A stretch of DNA of 59,749 nucleotides, filler included. It is 9 parts of 9 records of this genome, joined end to end, with 100 filler letters (N's around TTAATTAATTAA, not from the genome) between each part and the next. Parts side by side here need not be neighbours in the genome. Positions count along the whole stretch, not along the records: positions 48,169 to 59,749 come from SRR31147125_269109; 8 more parts are not named here. One strand, given 5' to 3'. The notes under the pieces are model-generated. The model was not told the DNA's origin. It saw nothing but the letters and a program-made list of their open reading frames with translations, and searched no databases. A program made the position numbers and the translations under genes. Position 1 is the stretch's first letter, and every line of letters begins with the position of its first letter. Below are positions 53,276-59,749 of the stretch, piece after piece.

Positions 53276-54487
53276 TCACCGGCTTTGTTCAACGATATCC
53301 CACAGAAACCGCGCGGCGTTTTCGGCGCCGTCGATATTCACGTCAGCCGGTCCGACCGAAGGTGCGTCGATAACCGCCTGCAGCCCGTCCCGCAACCGGT
53401 CGCCGCCCAGTTCCGCCGAATCGATCACCTGCCACCTGCCGCCCACCGCCTGTTGCAGGTTTTTCAGGTGTTCTGGCTGCTCGCCGTCCCGGGTTGACCG
53501 CAGGACAACCACTGCTGGGATGCCTGCCGCCGTGACATCGAGCAGGCTGTTGTAGCCGCCGAAGATAACGGCGCTGTCCGAGTGCAGCAGCGAGCCTATA
53601 TAGCGGTCGCTGATCCGGCTTACCCTGCAGTCCGGGATCTGTGCAAAGCGCGCTTTTACCTGCTCCTCGTCCGCCGCCGACACGAATATCTGGCAGACGC
53701 GGCCGCCGCGCTCGATCGATAGCAGCGTGCGCTCGAGATCCACCAGCAGCTGGTCTCCAGACTCCCCGAGCCACGGCAGTGATACGGTGCAGCCGATTCT
53801 CTCCGTGGCCGCGTCGCTGCCGCCGGTGACCAGCGGTGCCAGCTCGCGCAGCCGTGACACGTACCCCATTTCGTTAATGTCCCGCCCGAAGTGAGCGGCC
53901 AGCCGGTCGAGCGGGTGCGTTCCGAGCACGCGGCTGTCGCCGTACCAGAACACCGAGTGGTAGTCGCCAACGACTTCCGCGGTCTGCGGGGACCAGAGTC
54001 CGGGATCTTCGCCGACCACACCCCTGATACCCAGGACCCAGTGCGTGCCGAGTTCTGCGCGCCGATCGAGGGCTCTCAGCAACTCCTTCCGCTTGCCCGC
54101 CGGATTGTGATCGACCAGCACACAGGCTGGCCGCAGCGTGGACACCATCGACTCGAGCATATGGGAGCGCAGTTTGCCCAAAACCGATTTATAAAAGCCC
54201 GCGTCACCAGTCTCTCCGGTCGGAACCCCGCCCTTGAGCACGGTCTGATAGGACGGGAGCTTGATCCAGTCGAGCCGGCCCGGCCCGATCAGCATCCCCG
54301 TCTGGGCACTCCCTGAAATAACGAGAACCCGGGCGTCAGGGGCAATTCCCTTGAGCGCGAGACCGATAGCGACGGCCCGGCTGACATGCCCCAGCCCCCT
54401 GCCGTCATGCGCGTACAACAGGCAATCGAGCCTGGTCGGAAAATACTCGTTGAGCTGTTCCGAATAGTAAAGATCTTCCATCACCAT
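53276..54487 (-). CDS. GT-B glycosyltransferase (GT28 C-terminal-like)
   Basis: 'YAHDGRGLGHVSR', 'LVDHNPAG..KEL' and 'FGGYNS...EQ'. Confidence 0.8.
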   Translation of the reverse strand: MVMEDLYYSEQLNEYFPTRLDCLLYAHDGRGLGHVSRAVAIGLALKGIAPDARVLVISGSAQTGMLIGPGRLDWIKLPSYQTVLKGGVPTGETGDAGFYKSVLGKLRSHMLESMVSTLRPACVLVDHNPAGKRKELLRALDRRAELGTHWVLGIRGVVGEDPGLWSPQTAEVVGDYHSVFWYGDSRVLGTHPLDRLAAHFGRDINEMGYVSRLRELAPLVTGGSDAATERIGCTVSLPWLGESGDQLLVDLERTLLSIERGGRVCQIFVSAADEEQVKARFAQIPDCRVSRISDRYIGSLLHSDSAVIFGGYNSLLDVTAAGIPAVVVLRSTRDGEQPEHLKNLQQAVGGRWQVIDSAELGGDRLRDGLQAVIDAPSVGPADVNIDGAENAARFLWDIVEQSR

Positions 54488-54626
54488 ACGCGTATCCCTG
54501 TCTCCTGATTATTCAATGGCGGCCTGGAAATCCCGAAATCGGGAACAAATAACCATTTGACTGGTACCGCCTTGTAACCCTTGCTGAATAGTTGTAAATT
54601 CCTTTGACTCAAAAAGCGACATCGTT

Positions 54627-54875
54627 ATGAGAAAATTTCTGGATACTTTCGGGCTGGTCGTATCATCTTTTGCCGGCGTACTGCTCTTCGTCAAGGGCTA
54701 TTATGTGCTGTTCGCCGCGGTACTGGCATGCCAGTATATCGCCTTTTTATCCTATTCGACCCGGATACGGAACCTCCCCCTCTATCCGCCCCCGCCGATT
54801 TTTCTTGTCGGTTCGCTGCTCGCGCTGGTCGTCTACCTGCTCAGCTGTGCGGTTTTCAAATCCCTGATCATGTAG
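54627..54875 (+). CDS. Small membrane protein
   Basis: 82 aa, mostly hydrophobic. Confidence 0.5.
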   Translation: MRKFLDTFGLVVSSFAGVLLFVKGYYVLFAAVLACQYIAFLSYSTRIRNLPLYPPPPIFLVGSLLALVVYLLSCAVFKSLIM

Positions 54876-55036
54876 GCTACCATACCGGTCACCCAGCCGG
54901 GCAGGGCACAATCATTTTGTGCAAAACTATGTACAAAATATTTCTTGCGAGGTAGAATTGTAAGGTTTATTACGATACCTGATAGCGCTGGCATTCCAGC
55001 TCAACCCGATTATCCACTGAACATCGTATTGACGTT

Positions 55037-56027
55037 TATGTTTATCAGTTTTTTCATCGCCCTGATCGGCTGCCTGGTAACCGGAACCCAGTCGGTCCTC
55101 ATTTACCTCCAGGGGGAAGGTGTCTGTTTTAACGAAGGCTGTAAAATCGTCGACTCGCTGACCCGGGTCGATCCGCTCTACTTCAACCTGGCCGGCTTCA
55201 TCTTTTTCCTGGTGGCGGCGATCGGCCTCAGCAACGCCCGGAAAGGTTCCGACCTGTCGAAACGCTTCATCAGCCTGATTCTGCTTGCGGCCCTGGCCGT
55301 AGAGGGTGTGCTTTTTGCCTTTCAGGTCATCATCAGCGAAGCGTTCTGCTCTTACTGCCTGATCATCCTGTCGCTGATCGCGCTGATGAACCTGTTCATG
55401 GGGCTCAAACAGTTGTTCAAAGCAGTGGTCATCTTCAGCGCGGTCCTGCTTGCCTCGTTCGTGCTCGACTATCACGGGGGCAGGATCAAGCCGCAGCCAC
55501 TGGAAAATGGAACGATGGCACTGGTGGCCGACGCAGAAAGCGAGACGGAACTGTTTTTATTTATTTCCTCTACCTGTGAACACTGCAAGAAGGTGATCGA
55601 GTCCCTGGACAACGGCCAGACCTGTACGATCAAGTTCAACCCGATTGATCGCCTCGACACGCTTCCGCTGGACGGTCTCGAAAAAACCGCCTCCTACGAT
55701 CCCGATATCAACCTCGCCTTTTTGAAGAGGCTGGAGATTCGGGAAATCCCGGTACTGCTCAGCAGGTCGGAATCGTCCATGACACTGATCAGGGGCGAGC
55801 GTGCGATCCAGGCCTATATCGACGAACAGTGCCGACCGCAGCTCGGGGGTAATCGGGACGTCCTCGCTGGAGATGACATCGAGCTACCAGCCTCCGCTTC
55901 CCGTCGCAGACGACGGGTGCACGATAGACGAAGCCTGCGAAGACCCCCAGGGCGCGACCTCGGAGCAGTCTCCGATATCGATTCAATAAAAAACCGCGGA
56001 CCGGTGCAGACGGGTTCGCGGTTTTGA
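55037..56027 (+). CDS. VKOR-like membrane disulfide oxidoreductase fused to a thioredoxin-like domain
   Basis: Loop 'CFNEGC', TM 'CSYC' and soluble 'CEHC'. Start uncertain; the true C-terminus may lie in the frame ending at 55989. Confidence 0.75.
55990..56025. terminator. Bidirectional terminator
   Basis: AAAACCGCG...CGCGGTTTT between the convergent VKOR-like gene and selD. Confidence 0.65.
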
Positions 56028-56054
56028 GTATCTCTTATCGTCCCAGCCGGCGTA

Positions 56055-57116
56055 TCAGCAGATAATCAACCCCGGCTCCGTATTGTCTTCGACCACCTCG
56101 CCGACCACACACGCAACCGGCGTGTTCGCCGCCTCAAGGGCCGCGACGACTTCATCCACGATCCCGGCGGGAACAGCCGCCAACAGGCCACCGCTCGTCT
56201 GCGGGTCGAGAATCATCTGCTTCTGGTGCACGGTGAACTCTTTCTCGTAGCGCACATAAGCGGAGATCAGTTTATCGTTGTATTTGTTGACGCCGGTATT
56301 CATGCCCTTCTCGTACATGGCCAGCGCTTCGTCGAAGAAGGGGAGTTTGTCCATCTCGAAGCGGATGAGTGCATCGGAGGATTTGGCCATCTCCAGTGCG
56401 TGTCCTCCCAGGCCGAATCCGGTCACATCGGTTACGGCATGGACCTCGAAGTTCTTCAGGGCATCGGCTGCGCCCCGATTGAGGCAGGTCAGCGCGTCGA
56501 TGCAGGAGCGCATCGCCGCATCGGAAACCCACTTCTTCAGGTTGGCGTTGAACAGCACGCCGCTTCCCAGCGGCTTGGTAAGAATCAGCACGTCGCCTTT
56601 TTTCGCCCCGCCGTTCGCCCAGTACCTGTCCGGGTGTACCATGCCGATCACGGAGAGCCCGAACTTGGGTTCCTCGTCTTCCACCGAGTGCCCGCCGGCA
56701 AGAACCGCACCGGCCTCGGTTATCTTGCTCAACGCACCAGCCACGATCTGTTCAAGATCCTTCGGGGGAAGGATCGTCGACGGGAAGCAAAGCAGGTTGA
56801 GGCAGACCCTCGGTTCTCCCCCCATCGCGTAGACATCGCTGATCGCGTTCGCCGCTGCGATCTGCCCGTACACGTAGGGATCGTTGACCGGAGGTGTAAT
56901 GAAGTCGGCGGTCGTCACCAGCGCCAGTTCGTCGCTGATTTTATAGATACCGGCATCATCGCTTGTGTCGTATCCAACCAGCAGATTCTCATCCACCGAC
57001 TGCGGTAGACTGTTCAGCAGTGTTCCGAGCCCGACCGGGTCGACTTTCGCCGCTCAGCCGCAGGTCTTCGAAAGATTCTGCAGGGTAGGTTTTCGGAAGT
57101 ATCGCAACAGGGACAT
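56055..57116 (-). CDS. selD: Selenide, water dikinase (selenophosphate synthetase), Sec-containing, 353 aa
   Basis: MSLLRYFRKPTLQNLSKTCG-U(TGA 57054-57056)-AAKVDP..., in frame with 'SDDAGIY', 'DFITP', 'AANAISDVYAMGG', 'TDVTGFGL' and 'DPQTSGGLL'. Confidence 0.93.
57027..57041 (-). promoter_or_regulatory. Candidate SECIS upper stem in selD
   Basis: GACCC-GGUC-GGGCUC, loop about 17 nt after the UGA; the stem is weak. Confidence 0.45.
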
Positions 57117-57335
57117 GGAATGGTGCAACCTCAGTAAATTTGTATCTGGAGCCTTTGCCTAAGCTACAACTATTACACACGCACACGACCGTCACAAATA
57201 CGGGTTTCCGATCAATCGAGGCGCACCGATAGCGCGAACCGATACAGCGGCAACCCGCTGATCGATCGGCAGGCAGGCGAGGGAACGAGAACTCTGGTGT
57301 CGGGGCGGGCTCTGCCGCCCCGAACGCGATTCAGA

Positions 57336-57776
57336 TCAGGAACCGGTGACGTACTTCAGGATCTCGACAACCTGGGCAGGGGTCTGCGCCCAGGCCATGG
57401 CAGACCCGTCGACTTCCTTGAGCGGGTGAATGATATCCGGCTCGTGCAGCGTAATGTACGGAATATTCAGTGCGGCGCAGTAACCGGCGTCGAATGCGGC
57501 ATTCCACTGCTTGTATTTATCGCCGAAACGGACGACCACCAGGTCGGCTGCTTCGATCAGGGTCTTCGTGCGGATCTGGTTGACCCGAGCCGATTTTGAA
57601 TCGCGCCAGTAGTTCTCGCTTTCGGCCCCGAGCACATCGCCGGCTGCGTCACTGGCGTCATGATCGGTTACAGCCGACGTAAACTCCACCGACAGGTTCT
57701 CTTTTTTTGCGCCTTCAATGATCTGTTCACGCCAATCGGTATGAATTTCTCCGGATAAGTAAACGCTCCACTGCAT
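57336..57776 (-). CDS. ytoQ: YtoQ family protein
   Basis: 'VYLSGEIHTDWRE', 'FGDKYKQWNAAFDAGY' and 'HPLKEVD'; GAGG RBS. Confidence 0.88.
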   Translation of the reverse strand: MQWSVYLSGEIHTDWREQIIEGAKKENLSVEFTSAVTDHDASDAAGDVLGAESENYWRDSKSARVNQIRTKTLIEAADLVVVRFGDKYKQWNAAFDAGYCAALNIPYITLHEPDIIHPLKEVDGSAMAWAQTPAQVVEILKYVTGS

Positions 57777-57926
57777 CGTATTTTCCTCGCTTGGATTAAT
57801 GTATAGTTCAACCTGCTTCGCCACCACCGACACGGTACTCTGCACAATTGCGGCTCAGAGGTCTTACCATATGCAGCGCGTGCGTAAAACCCCAAATATG
57901 CGATACAGCCAGGATCTGGTGTCGGC

Positions 57927-59038
57927 TCAGTTTAGCAGGGACCGGAGGTACTGCCTGAGAACAAGTTCCCTGCCCGTCAATAGCGGCGACTTTTTCCGTT
58001 TGTTGAGCTGGTAATCGTACATCGGGTCGTAATAGTGGCTCAGCAGCAACCGTATCCAGTGCTTGTGCGCGTCCAGGTCCCCATTTTCTTCCTGGTGGTA
58101 GCAGCCGGCCTCGAGGAGCGCTTTGGCCTGTTCGAGCAGGCTGGAACCGAGGCGCTTGGCGATCCGCTCAATACTCCGGTTCATCTCCTCGAACCAGCGC
58201 CACATCGCATCAATCGGTTCACCCCACCCCCCGAACTGCTCCTGGGAGTCGACCACATATTCCTGGAAAATATTCTCCACCCGCTCCTCGAACGGGGCTT
58301 CGAGCACGATCAGGTCGCCGCCGCTGAAAAACCCGGATAGCTCCTTCGGGAGGAACCGCTTGCCCACATGCCTGCCCTCGTCTTCCAGAACGAGGTGGGT
58401 GAACCCGGCCTTGTTGTGCTTGATGAGGGCAACGGCGAGCCGGTTTTCGAAATCCGCCTGCCCGGGCTGCGGAGTCGTGAAACGCCCGAAGGTCGACCCA
58501 CGGTGATTAGCGATCGCTTCCAGATCTATCGAGTTGGCAAACGAGTTTATCAGGTGGGTTTTTCCCGATCCGGTCCTGCCGCCCACCAGGACGGGCCGGG
58601 CTTCGATCATCTCAGGATCGAGACGTTCGAGCAGATAGTTTCGAAACCCCTTATAGCCCTCCTGACCCGGAGAACCGGAAAACCGGTCTTCTCCTCTGCC
58701 CACCGGGCCGCTGTGGCGGACCGCATGCCACCCCGGGCGCAATACATCACTGCGTCCGGATAGAGATCAAGGTACGCAGCCCACATGTGGCTGAGCATCT
58801 CCTTCTTCTCGCCGCTGACAAGATTCCCGGCCAGCTCAATGGCCGTCGCCGAGCCTTCTTTCCGGTATGTCAGGCCGACCCGGTGACGTTCCTCGTCGGT
58901 GAGCAGCGGGATATTGACTGCGCCGGGTATCGAACTGGTCTTGAACTCGCCGGACGCCCGGACATCTATCAGGCAGGTATCGTTTACCACCAATGCTTCG
59001 TAGTCGTTGGTGAATTCCGTATTTTTCGGTTGAGCCAT
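57927..59038 (-). CDS. selU: tRNA 2-selenouridine synthase; 1-nt frameshift near 58660
   Basis: Rhodanese 'IDVRASGEF..SIPGAVNIP' and 'YCARGGMRS'; second frame 'GYKGFRNYL', 'GRTGSGKT', 'DLEAIANHRGSTFG' and 'YYDPMYDY'. Confidence 0.9.
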
Positions 59039-59381
59039 TTCTTTGTCCCTGGATTCTTCAGTTATCTGGTTCCCGGCTGCAACAGGTAGCCCCCCGAGAA
59101 TTATCGGGAATTGGAATTTACGAGGAATACGCCTGTCGGGTATCACCGGTTACGTTACCATTGAAATTTCATCACAACTGGTCACCACAAAACCCGTTAC
59201 TAACGTTCACTACCTTTCTGAAGATATCACGACAACGTGGGCCCGGTCAAATAAACCTTGTCAGGTATACCCTTTTACAAGGAAAATTTCCCCATCGAAG
59301 AGGTCCTTAACACAACAATAGGGAGACGAAACTGCCCTGCCAATGGTACCACATCATATCCAACAAGGAGGAGTTATTACC

Positions 59382-59612
59382 ATGGCAAGCACGACCGACA
59401 ACCTGAACGAAGCATTTGCAGGCGAGAGCCAGGCATTTCAGAAATACAGCGTTTTTGCAAAGAAAGCCGAGCGTGATGGCTTCGTGAATATCGCAAAGCT
59501 CTTCAAGACCACTGCCCAGGCTGAGCAGATCCATGCCGAGGGACACCTCAAAGCCCTCGATAAATGCCCGGTATGCGGTGCTCTTGCGAAGGTTTTCACG
59601 ATTATTGCCTGA
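59382..59612 (+). CDS. Internally truncated rubrerythrin (first helix pair plus one CxxC), 76 aa; possibly a pseudogene
   Basis: AAGGAGGAG RBS; 'NLNEAFAGESQA..KY..FA..AE.DG...AQAEQIHAEGHL' runs directly into 'DKCPVCGA..F'. Confidence 0.75.
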   Translation: MASTTDNLNEAFAGESQAFQKYSVFAKKAERDGFVNIAKLFKTTAQAEQIHAEGHLKALDKCPVCGALAKVFTIIA

Positions 59613-59666
59613 TCGGGACGACTCCCTGAGCGGTCAGGAAATTGATTTCCCCCTAAGTTCAACTCG

Positions 59667-59711
59667 GGGTCAGAATGATTTTCGCATAAAAAGCGAAAAT
59701 CATTCTGACCC
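59667..59711. repeat. Perfect 19-bp inverted repeat (hairpin)
   Basis: GGGTCAGAATGATTTTCGC-ataaaaa-GCGAAAATCATTCTGACCC. Confidence 0.9.
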
Positions 59712-59749
59712 TCCAGGGAAATCTGAAGTCCCCCTTCTGGGCAGGAAAA

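Noticed and set aside
1-59749. rRNA, tRNA, CRISPR arrays, phage or defence genes
   Set aside because: None recognised by eye.

Overview
This window is not one locus. It joins nine unrelated contig pieces with 100-nt artificial spacers (N44-TTAATTAATTAA-N44), so gene neighbourhoods only count within a piece. Pieces 1-5165, 5266-10666, 10767-16998 and 35895-42661 look spirochaete-like (inference): c-di-GMP phosphodiesterase, surE, a LamG lipoprotein, eda/kdgK, a decayed IS, a sugar catabolic/ABC operon, an RND system, galM, phoBR and an MCP. Pieces 23640-30081, 30182-35794 and 48169-59749 look like sulfate-reducing Desulfobacterota (inference): rlpA-gmhB-recD2, ftsK, recN, selD, selU and rubrerythrin. 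Pieces 17099-23539 and 42762-48068 come from an intron-rich eukaryote and carry parts of a BIG/UBR4 gene and an EPG5-like gene. Many bacterial genes have 1-nt frameshifts in homopolymer runs, probably assembly errors. Best leads: (1) an FtsK motor with no membrane domain, joined across an A9 run to an N-terminal ZapA-like domain; (2) a DedA/ATP-grasp fusion coupled to an NRDE Ntn-hydrolase; (3) two UGA-recoded selenoproteins that the ORF track misses or truncates (a SelW/Rdx CxxU protein and SelD), plus a selU-ytoQ-selD cluster; (4) a 'half' rubrerythrin; (5) a 125-bp MITE with 22-bp perfect terminal repeats. All family assignments come from motif recognition by eye; no searches were run.
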